Notes under the pieces: model-generated | The model's input: the letters and a program-made list of their open reading frames with translations, nothing else | The model's database searches: none | What the model was told of the DNA's origin: nothing | Source: Malacoraja senta | Lineage: Eukaryota | Length of the DNA stretch: 64,000 bases | Assembly: GCA_038087875.1 (NCBI GenBank) | Contig: CM075988.1 | Span: forward strand, 1,488,001-1,552,000 | Reading direction: 5' to 3' | Translations under genes and position numbers: made by a program | Shown: in pieces, positions 34,485 through 46,889 of the stretch | Numbering within the stretch: position 1 is the first letter of the stretch | Layout of the letters: every line of letters begins with the position of its first letter

Positions 34485-37400
34485 AGGGGCAGGGGGCAGG
34501 GATTTAGATTCTTAGATCACTGGGATCTGTTTTGGAGTAAGGGGGAACTGTACAAAAGGGACGGATTGCATCTTAACAGGAGGGGGACCAGCATTCTGGC
34601 AGGCAGGTTTGCCACTGCTACACGGGTGGTTTTAAACTGAATAAGGGGGGTGGGGTGTCAAATGGGATAGTCGAGGACGGAGTTAAAGGGAAAGAGAGTA
34701 AAGAGATGGTTAATGTAATAGGGATCGATGTGAAAGGTGAGATGCGTAAGGAATTAAAAGTATTGTATATGAATGCGCGAAGTATAAGAAGTAAAGTAGA
34801 TAAGCTTGAGGCTCAGTTAGAGGTTGGTAGATATGACATTGTGGGGATTACTGAGACGTGGCTGCAGGAAGATCGGACATGGGAACTTAATATTCAGGGT
34901 TATACACCCTATAGAAAGGACAGGCAGGTGGGCAGAGGAGGGGGGGGGGTAGCTCTGCTGGTGAGGGATGGAATTCAGTCCCTTGCGAGGGAAGGCATAG
35001 GGACTGACGAGGTAGGGTCACTGTGGATTGAGTTGAGGAATTGTAAAGGCAAGAAGACACTAATTGGTGTTGTTTACAGACCCCCAAATAGTAGCCCGGA
35101 TGTAGGGTGTAAGTTGCAGCAGGAGTTAAAACTGGCATGTAACAAAGGTGATGCCACTGTGGTGATGGGGGATTTCAATATGCAGGTGGACTGGGAAAAT
35201 CAGGTTGGTTCTGCACCCCAAGAAAGAGAGTTTGTAGAATGCCTCCAAGATGGATTCTTAGAGCAGCTTGTAATGGAGCCGACCAGAGAAAAGGCAATTC
35301 TGGATTTAGTGTTGTCCAATGAACCAGATATGATAAGAGAACTCGAGGTAAAGGAACCGCTTGGAGGTAGTGATCATAATATGATTAGTTTTAATCTGCA
35401 ATTTGAGAAGGAGAACATTAAATCGGAAGTGGCAGTGATGCAGTTGAACAAAGGGGACTATGAAGGCATGAGAGGGGAGCTGGCCAAAGGGATCCTAGCA
35501 GGAATGACGGTGGAACAGCAATGGCGGGAATTTCTGGGCATAATCCGGAAGACGCAGGATCATTTCATTCCAAAAAGGAAGAAAGATTCTAAGGGGAGTA
35601 GGAGGCAACCGTGGCTGACAAGAGAAGTTTGGGATAGAATAAAACTAAAAGAAAAGATGTATAACACAGCAAAAAGTAGCCGGAAGCCCGAGGATTGGGA
35701 AACTTTCATAGGACAACAGAAGGAAACAAAACGGGCAATACGGGCTGAAAAGATGAAGTATGAAGGGAAGCTGGCCAGGAATATAAAGAAGGACAGTAAA
35801 AGCTGCTTTAGATATGTTAAGGGAAAAAGAGTAGCAATGTCAAATGTGGGTCCCTTGAAGGCAGACACGGGTGAAATTATTATGGGCAACAAGGAAATGG
35901 CAGAAGAGTTGAATAGGTACTTCGGATCTGTCTTCACTAAGGAAGACGCAAACAATCTCCCAGATGTACTGGAGGACAGAGGATCTAGGGGTAGAGGAAC
36001 TGAAAGACATTTTCATTAGGCGAGAAATAGTATTGGGTAGGCTAATGGGACTGAAGGATGATAAATCCCCTGGGCCTGATGGTCTGCATCCCAGGGTCCT
36101 CAGGGATGTGGCTCTAGAAATAGTGGACGCATTGGTGATCATTTTCCAATGTTCAATAGATTCAGGATCAGTTCCTGTGGATTGGAGGATAGCTAATGTT
36201 ATCCCACTTTTCAAGAAAGGAACGAGAGAGAAAACGGGGAATTACAGACCAGTTAGCCTGATTTCGGTGGTGGGAAAGATGCTGGACTCAATTTATTAAA
36301 GAGATAATAATGGGGCATTTGGATAGCAGTAAAAGGATTAGTCCAAGTCAACATGGATTTATGGAAGGGAAATCATGCTTGACTAATCTTCTGGAATTTT
36401 TTGAGGATGTGACAAGTAAAATGGATGAAGGGGTGCCAGTGGATGTAGTGTATTTAGACTTTCAGAAAGCCTTTGATAAGGTCCCGCACGGGAGACTGGT
36501 GACTAAGAGCACATGGTATTGGGGGTAGGGTGTTGACATGGATAGAAAATTGGTTGGCAGACCGGAAGCAAAGAGTAGGAGTGAACGGGTCCTTTTCAGA
36601 ATGGCAGGCAGTGGTGAGTGGAGTGCCGCAAGGCTCGGTGTTGGGGCCGCAACTGTTTACCATATATATTAATGATTTGTAAGAGGGAATTAGGAGCAAC
36701 ACCAGCAAGTTTGGGGATGACACAAAGCTGGGTGGCAGTGTGAACTATGAAGAGGATGTTAGGAGGTTGCAGGGCGACCTGGACAGGTTGAGTGAGTGGG
36801 CAGATGTGTGGCAGATGCAGTATAATATAGATAAATGTGAGGTTATCCACTTTGGCGGCAAACACAAGGGGACAGATTATTATCTCAATGGGGTTAGGTT
36901 AGGTAAGGGGGAGGTGCAGCGAGACCTGGTCGTCCTTGTACACCGGTCACTGAAAGTTGGCTTACAGGTACAGCAGGCAGTGAAGAAAGCTAATGGAATG
37001 TTGGCCTTCATAACAAGAGGATTTCAGTATAGGAGTAAAGAGGTTCTTCTGCAGTTGTATAGGGCTCTGGTGAGACCACATCTGGAGTATTGTGTACAGT
37101 TTTGGTCTTCTAATTTGAGGAAGGGCATCCTTGTGATTGAGGCAGTGCAGCCTAGGTTCACGAGATTGATCCCTGGGATGACGGGACTGTCATATGAGGA
37201 AAGGTTGTATTCACTGGAGTTTAGAAGGATGAGGGGGAATCTTATAGAAACATATAAAATTATAAAAGGACTGGACAAGCTAGATGCAGGAAAAATGTTC
37301 CCAATGTTGGGCGAGTCCAGAACCAGGGACCACAGTCTTAGAACAATGGGGAGGTCATTTAAGACTGAGGTGAGAAAAACGTTTTCACCCAGAGAGTTGT

Positions 37401-37733
37401 GAATTTATGGAATTCCCTGCCACAGAGGGCAGTGGAGGCCAAATCACTGGAGGGATTTAAGAGAGAGTTAGATAGAGCTCTAGGGGCTAGTGGTGTCAAG
37501 GGATATGGGGAGAAGGCAGGCACGGGTTATTGAAGTCTGAAGAAGGGTTTTGGCCCGAAACTTTGCTTATTTCCTTCGCTCCATAGATGCTGCTGCACCC
37601 GCTGAGTTTCTCCAGCTTTTTTGTGTACTCACGGGTTATTGATAGGGGACGATCAGCCATGATCATAATGAATGGCGGTGCTGGCTAGAAGGGCCGAATG
37701 GCCTCCTCCTGCACCTATTTTCTATGTTTCTAT
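34485..37733 (+). mobile_element. CR1 LINE, ORF1 end plus near-complete frameshifted ORF2 and 3' tail
   Basis: ORFs 34655..36019 (endonuclease), 35964..36299, 36310..36528, 36740..37402 (RT). Tail TTCTATGTTTCTATG. Confidence 0.95.
37534..37629 (+). mobile_element. 96-bp Penelope-terminus insertion with hammerhead core and 13-bp TSD
   Basis: CACGGGTTATTGA at 37521-33 and 37630-42. Insert starts AGT-CTGAAGA-A-GGGTTTTGGCCC-GAAAC. Confidence 0.85.
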
Positions 37734-37749
37734 GAAGGGAGAGACAAAT

Positions 37750-37967
37750 GGGCCTGTCCCACTTGGGTGATTTTTTGGGGCTACTACAGACGACTGCCGC
37801 AAAATTTTCAACATGTTGAAAAAATTTCGGCGACAGTGGCGACAATATTTGCTGTCGTAGTTAGACGTAGTAGTTGGCGTAGGTTGTCGTAGGTGCTGTC
37901 GTAGGTGAATTCCATTAAAACTAGTCCCTGGCAGTCACGTAAAGAGTCGCCTAAGTGGGACAGGCCC
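37750..37967. mobile_element. MITE, possibly PIF/Harbinger-derived
   Basis: TIR GGGCCTGTCCCACTTGGGTGA versus reverse complement GGGCCTGTCCCACTTAGGCGA (19/21). Internal GTCGTAG repeats. AT-rich flanks. Confidence 0.8.
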
Positions 37968-38029
37968 TTTACAAAGGAAAGGAGGAAAGCGCAGAGAGTG
38001 TTCAGATCTGGGCACGGTGTTACAGGAAT

Positions 38030-38620
38030 GATGTCAAGCTGGAAATTGTACAGGGAAGGTTTACGAGGATGTTGCTAGGACTAAAGAGGTTGAGTAGGCC
38101 GGGACTCTAATCCTTGGAGTGCAAGAACATGAGGGGTGATCTTATAGAGGTGTATAAGATCATAAGAGAAATAGATCAGGTAGAGGCACAAAGTCTCTTG
38201 CCCAGAGTAGGTGAATCGGGGACTAGAGGACATTGGTTTAAGGTGAAGGGGAAAAGATTTAATAGGAATATTCAGATGGGACTAATTGAGGTATGTAAAC
38301 TTGTGATGGGTATGGAAAGGGTGGCTTACAGGAAATATTTCACCATATCAGAGGACGATAAAACTAGGGGATTTAGGGTGAGGGGAGAGAGATGTCGGGG
38401 AACTTTCTTCACCCAGAGGGTAGTGAGTACCTGGAGTGCACTGTCTGAGAGAGTGTTGGGAGCTGGCTCATTGACACCATTGTGTCTCGACAAACACTTG
38501 AATCACATGGGCACAGAGGGCCATGTACCAAGTGCTGGAAGATACGATGAATAGAGAAAAATATCCACTGGTCAGTCTGTCCGATTGGCCGAATGCCCAG
38601 TTACTATGCTGTATGACTCT
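38030..38620 (+). mobile_element. Two fused CR1 3'-end fragments
   Basis: ORF 38114..38554 contains RGDLIEVYKI...TRGH and then a second, more decayed LIEVCKL...FFTQRVV block. Confidence 0.8.
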
Positions 38621-38717
38621 GTGATTGTATGCTCCTATTTTCTGTTTCTCTCTGAACTACAGCTGAATGAAGAAGCTTACAGAAAATTTAGTTGATTGCA
38701 TCTGTTTTGTTCCTTAG

Positions 38718-38976
38718 TCACATTTGCCCACTACAAATCATGGTACTCCTCGTCTGACTGAGGTCAGCAACTCTGTGCAGCAAATACCGGATGCTCTGGA
38801 CACAACAGAACCTGACCTGGATACGGACGAGGACGAGGATGATGATGATGAGGAAGAGGAGGAAGAGGAGGAAGAGGAGGAGGAGGAGGAGGAGGAAGAG
38901 GAGGAGGATGTGGACTCATCTGATCTCGATGATTGGGAGCCGGGTCCTCTGACGCCATTTAACCCGTGTGATTTGT
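38718..38976 (+). CDS. PRDM10: PRDM10 coding exon D (259 nt, acidic tract, phase 0/1)
   Basis: Acceptor ttttgttccttag, donor T|gtaagt. SHLPTTNHG...DEDEDDDD(E)19DVDSSDLDDWEPGPLTPFNPCDL. Confidence 0.92.
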
Positions 38977-39196
38977 GTAAGTAGAACTTGCTCCTGTACT
39001 CAACTCCTCTTGTTATGAAGGCCAACATGCCATTTGCTTTCTTCACTGCCTGCTGTACCTGCATGCTTACTTTCATTGACTGATGAACAAGGACCCCCAG
39101 ATCTCGTTGTACTAGGGGAAATGGGCAGATGAGGTTTTGAGCCGGGGTCCTTCTCCAGACTGGGTCTCTGTTAATTTATGTTGTACTTTACTGCAG

Positions 39197-39438
39197 GGTG
39201 TGAGGATTGCAACACGGCACATCCAGGTGCGTGCCCGAAACACGGTGCTCTACACTGCATTCCCAACCGGCCTGTGCTGAGCAGGGCCAGGGCCAGCCTG
39301 CCGCTCATTCTCTACATCAATCGGTTCGCCGGTGGAATCTTCTCCAAGCGGCGCATTCCAAAACGCACACAGTTCGGACCTGTCGAGGGACCATTTGTTA
39401 AGCAGTCTGAGCTCAGGGATGATTATATTCATTTAAAG
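39197..39438 (+). CDS. PRDM10: PRDM10 coding exon E (242 nt; zinc knuckle and PR domain start, phase 1/0)
   Basis: Acceptor ctgcag, donor AAG|gtaagt. [17 protein letters not shown]...RARASLP...[11 protein letters not shown]...YIHLK. Confidence 0.97.
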
Positions 39439-39482
39439 GTAAGTCTTTTAACTTGATTGGAACTTGCAAATTATCCTTTGCT

Positions 39483-39747
39483 GTTTTAGTTTTTAGAGAT
39501 ACAGGCCCTTCGGCCCACCAAGTCCGTGCCGACCAGCAGTATCCCACACACAAAGGACACTTTACAATTTTTATTTTTACCGAAGCCAATGGACCTACAA
39601 ACCTGTATGTCTTAGGAGTGTGGGAGGAAACCGGAGCACCCGGGTCAAGGGGTGAATGTACAAACTCTGTACAGATAGCACTTGTAGTCAGGATAGAAAC
39701 CCGAGTCTCTGGGTCTCAGCAACTCTATCGCTGCGCCGCCGTGCCGC
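39483..39747 (-). mobile_element. tRNA-derived V-SINE (HE1-like)
   Basis: GGGAGGAAACCGGAGCACCCGG is the reverse complement of the V-domain core. tRNA-like head near 39745, CR1-like tail. Confidence 0.8.
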
Positions 39748-40069
39748 TCATTGCTGTCTTTTACTTGAAATTTGCAAAGCAGAATTTGAACAAATTACTA
39801 AAGGGTTTTGTCATGTTCAAATACGAAGGTATGAAAGATTTCAGTTTGGTATTTCTTTGAGAAGGTTTAACACACAGAGGGTTATTGGTTAAGCATTTGC
39901 TGATACACCTGAGATATCGTCATACAATACACACCTGACCATATTTTTGGCATTCAGAGTGCATATCCCTATCTGTGTGTCAGTATTTCAGGTATATCCC
40001 ATGACTAAGTGTGCTATTTTCCACTTTCCTCAGTGATTTTATTGTTTTCCTGAGCTGGGATTATTAAAT

Positions 40070-43000
40070 TAGATACATAGATACATAGAAAATAGGTGCA
40101 GGAGTAGGCCATTCGGCCCTTCGAGCCTGCACCGCCATTCAATATGATCATGGCTGATCATCCAACTCAGTATCCCGTACCTGCCTTCTCTCCATACCCC
40201 CTGATCCCCTTAGCCACAAGGGCCACATCTAACTCCCTCTTAAATATAGCCAATGAACTGGCCTCAACTACCCTCTGTGGCAGAGAGTTCCAGAGATTCA
40301 CCACTCTCTGTGTGAAAAAGTTTTTCCTCATCTCGGTCTTAAAGGATTTCCCCCTTATCCTTAAGCTGTGACCCCTTGTCCTGGACTTCCCCAACATCGG
40401 GAACAATCTTCCTGCATCTAGCCTGTCCAACCCCATAAGAATTTTGTACGTTTCTATAAGATCCCCTCTCAACCTCCTAAATTCTAGCGAGTATAAGCCA
40501 AGTCTATCCAGTCTTTCTTCATATGAAAGTCCTGACATCCCAGGAATCAGTCTGGTGAACCTTCTCTGCACTCCCTCTATGGCTATAATGTCCTTCCTCA
40601 GATTTGGAGACCAAAACTGCACGCAATACTCCAGGTGTGGTCTCACCAAGACCCTGTACAACTGTAGTAGAACCTCCCTGCTCCTATACTCAAATCCTTT
40701 TGCTATGAAGGCTAACATACCATTCGCTTTCTTCACTGCCTGCTGCACCTGCATGCCTACATTCAATGACTGGTGTACCATGACACCTAGATCTCGCTGC
40801 ATCTCCCCATTTCCTAATCGGCCACCATTTAGATAATAGTCTGCTTTCCTGTTTTTGCCACCAAAGTGGATAACCTCACATTTATCCACATTATACTGCA
40901 TCTGCCAAACATTTGCCCACTCACCCAGCCTATCCAAGTCACCTTGCAGTCTCCTAGCATCCTCCTTACAGCTAACACTGCCCCCCAGCTTAGTGTCATC
41001 CGCAAACTTGGAGATGTTGCCTTCAATTCCCTCATCCAGATCATTAATATAAATTGTAAATAGCTGGGGTCCCAGCACTGAGCCTTGCGGTACCCCACTA
41101 GTCACTGCCTGCCATTGTGAAAAGGACCCGTTTACTCCTACTCTTTGCTTCCTGTTTGCCAGCCAGTTCTCTATCCACATCAATACTGAACCCCCAATAC
41201 CGTGTGCTTTAAGTTTGTATACTAATCTCTTATGTGGTACCTTGTCGAAAGCCTTCTGAAAGTCCAGATACAACACATCCACTGGTTCTCCCCTATCCAC
41301 TCTACTAGTTACATCCTCGAAAAACTCTATAAGATTCGTCAGACATGATTTACCTTTCGTAAATCCATGCTGACTTTGTCCAATGATTTCACCACTTTCC
41401 AAATGTGCTGCTATCCCATCTTTAATAAGTTACTCTAGCAGTTTCCCCACTACCGATGTTAGACTAACTGGTCTGTAATTCCCCGTTTTCTCTCTCCCTC
41501 CCTTCTTAAAAAGTGGGGTTACGTTTGCTACCCTCCAATCCTCAGGAACTACTCCAGAATCTAAAGAGTTTTGAAAAATTATCACTAATGCATCCACTAT
41601 TTCTGGAGCTACTTCCTTAAGTACTCTGGGATGCAGCCTATCTGGCCCTGGTGATTTATCGGCCTTTAATCCATTCAATTTACCCAACACCACTTCCCGA
41701 CTAACCTGGATTTCACTCAGTTCCTCCATCTCTTTTGACCCGCGGCCCCCTGCTATTTCCGGCAGATTATTTATGTCTTCCTTAGTGAAGACGGAACCAA
41801 AGTAGTTATTCAATTGGTCCGCCATATCCTTGTTCCCCATGATCAATTCACCTGTTTCTGACTGCAAGGGACCTACATTTGTTTTAACTAATCTCTTTCT
41901 CTTCACATATCTATAAAAACTTTTGCAGTCAGTTTTTATGTTCCCTGCCAGTTTCCTTTCATAATCTATTTTCCCTTTCCTAATTAAGCCCTTTGTCCTC
42001 TGCGGGTCTCTGAATTTCTCCCAGTCCTCTGGTATGCTGCTTTTTCTGGCTAATTTGTACGCATCATCTTTTGCTTTGATACTATCCCTGATTTCCCTTG
42101 TTATCCACGGATGCACTACCTTCCCTGATTTATTCTTTTGCCAAACTGGGATGAACAATTTTTGTAGTTCATCCATGCAGTCTTTAAATGCCTTCCATTG
42201 CATATCCACCGTCAACCCTTTTAGAACTAATTGCCAGTCAATCTTGGCCAATTCACGTCTCATACCCTCAAAGTTACCTTTCTTTAAGTTCAGAACCGTT
42301 GTTTCTGAATTAACAATGTCACTCTCCATCCTAATGAAGAACTCAACCATATTATGGTCACTCTTGCCCAAGGGGGCACGCACAACAAGACTGCTAACTA
42401 ACCCTTCCTCATTACTCAATACCCAGTCTAGAATAGCCTGCTCTCTCGTTGGTTCCTCTACATGTTGGTTTAGATAACTATCCTGCATACATTCCAAGAA
42501 ATCCTCTTCCTCAGCACCCCTGCCAATTTGATTCACCCAATCTATATGTAGATTGAAGTCACCCATTATAACTGTTTTGCCTTTGTTGCACGCATTTCTA
42601 ATTTCCTGTTTGATGCCATCCCCAACTTCACTACTACTGCTAGGTGGCCTGTACGCAACACCCACCAGCGTTTTCTGCCCCTTAGTTTTTCGCAGCTCTA
42701 CCCATACCGATTCCACATCCTCCAAGCTAATGTCCTTCCTTTCCACTGCGTTAATCTCCCCTCTAATCAGCAACGCTACCCCACCTCATTTTCCTTTCTC
42801 TCTATCCCTCCTGAATATTGAATATTCCTGGATGTTCAGCTCCCAGACTTGGTCACCCTGGAGCCATGTCTCCGTGATCCCAACTGTATCATAATCATTA
42901 ATTGCTATCTGCACGTTCAACTCATCCACCTTATTACGAATGCTCCTTGCATTGAGACACAAAGCCTTCAGGCTTGTTTTTACAACGCTCTTACCCCTTA

Positions 43001-43130
43001 TACAATTATGTTGAAAAGTGGCCCTTTTTGATTTTTGCCCTGGATTTGTCTGCCTGCCACTTTTACTTTTCACCTTGCTACCTATTGCTTCTGCCCGCAT
43101 TTTACACCCCTCTGTTTCTCTGCTCACCGA
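40070..43130 (-). mobile_element. CR1 LINE with nearly intact ORF2
   Basis: ORFs 42786..43127, 41430..42773 and 40167..41402 (FADDTK) are separated by one frameshift and one in-frame TAA. (CTATGTAT)n tail. Confidence 0.97.
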
Positions 43131-43511
43131 TTTAAGAACCCCACCACCTCTTATTCTCTGTTTATTATTGTTTTCTTCTTTCCCCCCAACGGTCGAGGAT
43201 CAAGTCCACTGCTGAAACTTTACAGCATTTTTCACTTTGCTGAGAGTGGTCTGAAATGATCTCATTCTGCCCTGGATTTTGACATCCTGACAAAATTTAT
43301 GAAGGAATTCCATACTTGACACTCACCTGACATGGATTTGAATCAAGTGACCAACTCATGGTTATATAATCATGGTTGCTGAGCTGGCTATTGCTAGATC
43401 TATGTGATTCAGTGAGAACTATTTCATCTACATGTACCCTATCCTGAGGTCTTCAATGCCCAGTTTGTACTTTGTGCAGATCTTAAATCCCACATTATGA
43501 CATCAGGGTAT

Positions 43512-43835
43512 GTTTATTTTAGTGATACGGCATGGAAACAGGACCTTCAGTCCACCGTCCATGTTGACCACCAATCACCCTATCACACTAGTTCTATGCA
43601 ATCCCACTTTTGCATCCACTCCCTGCACACTTAGTGCAATTTACAGAGGCTAATTAGTCCACAAAACCCACACGCCTTTGGGTTGTAGGATGAAAGCGGA
43701 GCACCTGGTTAAAAACCCATGTGGTCACAGAGAGAATGTGCAAACTCCACATCGGCAGCACCGGAGGTCAGGAACGAACCTGGACCCCTGGTGCTGTGAT
43801 GCAGCGGCTCTCCCAGCTGTGCCATTGAGCCTCCC
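43512..43835 (-). mobile_element. tRNA-derived V-SINE (HE1-like), diverged
   Basis: Same architecture as the 39483 and 52679 copies. Confidence 0.75.
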
Positions 43836-44098
43836 AGGCTCAGTGTTATAGTGAACATTTGAGCTTTTCTGACACTGGGGTGCAAGGAATTCTGGGCAGC
43901 AGTGCTCGCTCCAACAAAACCTTGCCTGTTTATCCATCTGGGGAATTGGATCAGCTGGTAACCTTTGCCTTTACACAGCAATTTAGGACACAGTGTTGAT
44001 ATGGAGGGGAGCTTCTGGAGTATAATAACTTCAGAATGTGCATGAAACATTTTGAAATTGTGTGAGAAGCTACATTAATGCTTTTTTTCTTTTAACAG

Positions 44099-44308
44099 AT
44101 TGCTATGGGAGTTGTAAGGGAGGGTTTGAAAGAAGGAGAGAAACCTGGGGATTTATGGTTTGATCTGTCTGATGAGAACTTCTGCAACTGGATGATGTTT
44201 GTACGACAAGCTCAGAACCACTTGGAGCAGAACCTGGTGGTGTACCAGTACGGCAAGAACCTCTATTTTACCACCATCAAGCATATAGAGCCAAAACAGG
44301 AACTCAAG
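44099..44308 (+). CDS. PRDM10: PRDM10 coding exon F (210 nt; PR/SET core, phase 0/0)
   Basis: Acceptor ttttaacag, donor AAG|gtaaaa. [35 protein letters not shown]...IEPKQELK. Confidence 0.97.
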
Positions 44309-44570
44309 GTAAAAGAGAACATGGGTGGGTACTGGATGGTGTCACTGTGCAAATAGTGGTCTGTCAAAATTATCCTCTTATTTAAAGTAAAAAAAGATGC
44401 TTAATAGATCAGATAATATTTTGGAAAGAGAAAGTTAAAGTTCAGATTGGCGACTTTTAATCAGAACTGGGAAAAACTGATAATGCAGCTTGAAACTGCA
44501 GAGAAAGGGGCCACCGGTGTAAAGAAGAAAATAATGTTATCGGATGAAGCCACATGATACAGATGTCAGG

Positions 44571-44757
44571 GTGCCAGTGAGCAGTGCCAGTGACAGCGGT
44601 GCCAGTGACAGCAGTGCCAGTGTTGCTGGTGCCAGTGACAGCAGTGTCAGTGTTGGTGGTGCCAGTGACAGCAGTGCCAGTGTTGGTGGAGCCAGTGACA
44701 GCAGTGCCAGTGTTGGTGGAGCCAGTGACAGCAGTGCCAGTGTTGGTGGTGCCAGTG
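44571..44757. repeat. Minisatellite, 30-bp unit built from two 15-bp half-units
   Basis: GTGCCAGTGACAGCA-GTGCCAGTGTTGGTG repeated about five times after two half-units. Confidence 0.95.
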
Positions 44758-46252
44758 TGTTATTAGGAGGAAAGAAACAACATCTAAAATACCAGAGGAA
44801 GAGATGGGGGAAAGAAAAATGAATGCTGAAAGTATGAGATAAAAGACTGAATACCCGATTATCTGAAGTAGTTGTCGTTTTTGAGGCCTGCATGCTGTGC
44901 TGTGGCACTTTGGAAGATGAAGTGCCCTCTCCTTCAGTTTACGTTGAACTCTGGAGCAGTTAGAAGGTTGGATTGCTCACAGGAAGTAGGGCAAGTGTTG
45001 ATGTGGTTCAAGCAGCTGTGCAGGTCTGTTGGATTGTGGTGAGCTCTGGTCACTAAGCATCTCTGTGATGGAGGAGAGGTCGATCCCAGAGAGACCTGTG
45101 CTCAGTTTGTATTTCACTTGAAATGACACCTAATTACCACACAGTTTACCTTATTGAATGCGATTTGTGACTTTTTCAACACAAACACGTATGGTCTTGG
45201 TGATGCAAACTCTGTAACAGAACTGGGAATTAACATTCAGGAATGGCTAACTGACAGAAAGCAGAATTCCGGATACTCTCTGTAATTAGTGGGATACCAC
45301 AGGCAGTGCATGGTCAATATTCATTACTTAGACAAAAGCACCGAGCATGTTGGAGCCAAATCTGCTGCTGAAAGATGCGATGTTTCAAATAAGAGGGTAT
45401 AGGTTGAAGGTACGGTGTGGGAGGGGATTTAAGGACATTTATTTTCACTTACTCGGCAGCTGTGATTGGAAACCACTGCCTGAGAAGGTGATTGAGGCAA
45501 GTTCTCTCACATCATGGATGGGCACCTGAACTGCCAAGGCATGGAGGGTGGTGGCCCATGTGCTGGTCAGTCGGATTAACCTTGATAGGATGTAGTGGCC
45601 CGAAGGGCCTGTTTCTATGCTATGTTACTCCATGACTTTACAAAGGCGAGCATGTTGTGAAAAGGACACAGGTTCTTGACGACACAGATGAGTAGAGTGG
45701 CGTGTGCTGGTGGAGGCTATGACCCTGCTGGGAAGTGTGGGATTGGCAGAGATTTCTTGTTGCACCCATCATCTCAGCTGGGGTATGAGTGACAATCACT
45801 CTGCTCACATAGACTTTAGCAGAGCCAATACTTGCAGGACAAGTGGATTGGAGATAGGCCAAGTGAAAATTAGTGACTGTGGAATCCAGGAATTTAAAGG
45901 AGAAAACAGTTAGAGAATTGAATCCAAAAACACAACATGCGGTAAACTTTCAGCAGGTCAAGCATCATCTGTGAACAAGAAACCAAATTACATTTCAGAT
46001 TGAAATACCCTTGTTGGTTCTGACCTACTGAGTGTTTCCAGCATTTTCCATTTGTGTTTCACATTTCCAGCATCTGCAAATCTGATATTTTTCATCATAC
46101 ATATTTCAGTGGATTATCACTTCCATTCATAACGTAATTTGGTAACAACTGTTCATTGGCTGTGAGAAAGGGACTTATTTGAAACTCCCTAGGTCATGAA
46201 GGCTATGAGGAGGGAGCCCGTTTCTCTGAGCATTGCTCTGTGTATATTGCAG

Positions 46253-46325
46253 GTATGGTATGCAGCATCGTATGCAGACTTTGTGGAGCAGAAGGTCCAC
46301 GATATATCAGAAGAGGAACGGAAAG
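46253..46325 (+). CDS. PRDM10: PRDM10 coding exon G (73 nt; PR domain end, phase 0/1)
   Basis: Acceptor ttgcag, donor G|gtgagt. [24 protein letters not shown]. Confidence 0.96.
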
Positions 46326-46509
46326 GTGAGTGACAGCTTTGGCAGCAAGTGTAGGTTGAAAAGCCGTTGCGTTGTGCACATAGTGACTATAGGGGTAAAT
46401 ATTGGATGTGACCTGAAGAGGTGCCTCTGCTTGTTGTATGGAATCGTATGAGGTAGACTGGACTTGAGCGTAATGTCTGAGCTTAGTGTTAGACCAGCAG
46501 CGTAATCAA

Positions 46510-46889
46510 GGACAAGTCGCATCCTGGCCATTCCCTCTTTTCCCCTCTCCCATCAGGCAAAAGGCATAGAAGTATGAAAACGCACAGTTCCAGATTCAGG
46601 GACAGTTTCTTCCCAGCTATTACCAGGTAACTGAACCATCCTACCACAACCAGAGAGCGATCCTGAGCTACTATCTACCTCATTGGAGACCCTCAGACTT
46701 TCTTTGATCGAATTTTACTGGCTTTATCTTGCACTAAACGTTATTTGCGTTATTCCCTTTATCATGTATCTGTACACTGTACGATGGCTCGATCGTAATC
46801 ATGATTGTCTTTCTGCTGACTGGTTAGCATGCAACAAAATCTTTTCACTGTACTTCGGTACACGTGACAATGAACTCAACTCAAACTGA
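46510..46889 (+). mobile_element. Rex1-like LINE 3' end
   Basis: HPGHSLFSPLPSGKRHRS...RFRDSFFP-type coding remnant. Tail GTGACAAT..(AACTC)n. Confidence 0.7.

Noticed and set aside
38663..38717. Upstream alternative acceptor (ctacag) for exon D
   Set aside because: A phase-0 extension hits TGA and would shift the frame by 55 nt.
44544..44822. CRISPR-like array or Ser/Asp-repeat protein ORF
   Set aside because: The units are contiguous with no unique spacers and there are no cas genes. It is an intronic minisatellite, and the ORFs are open only because the unit length is a multiple of 3.
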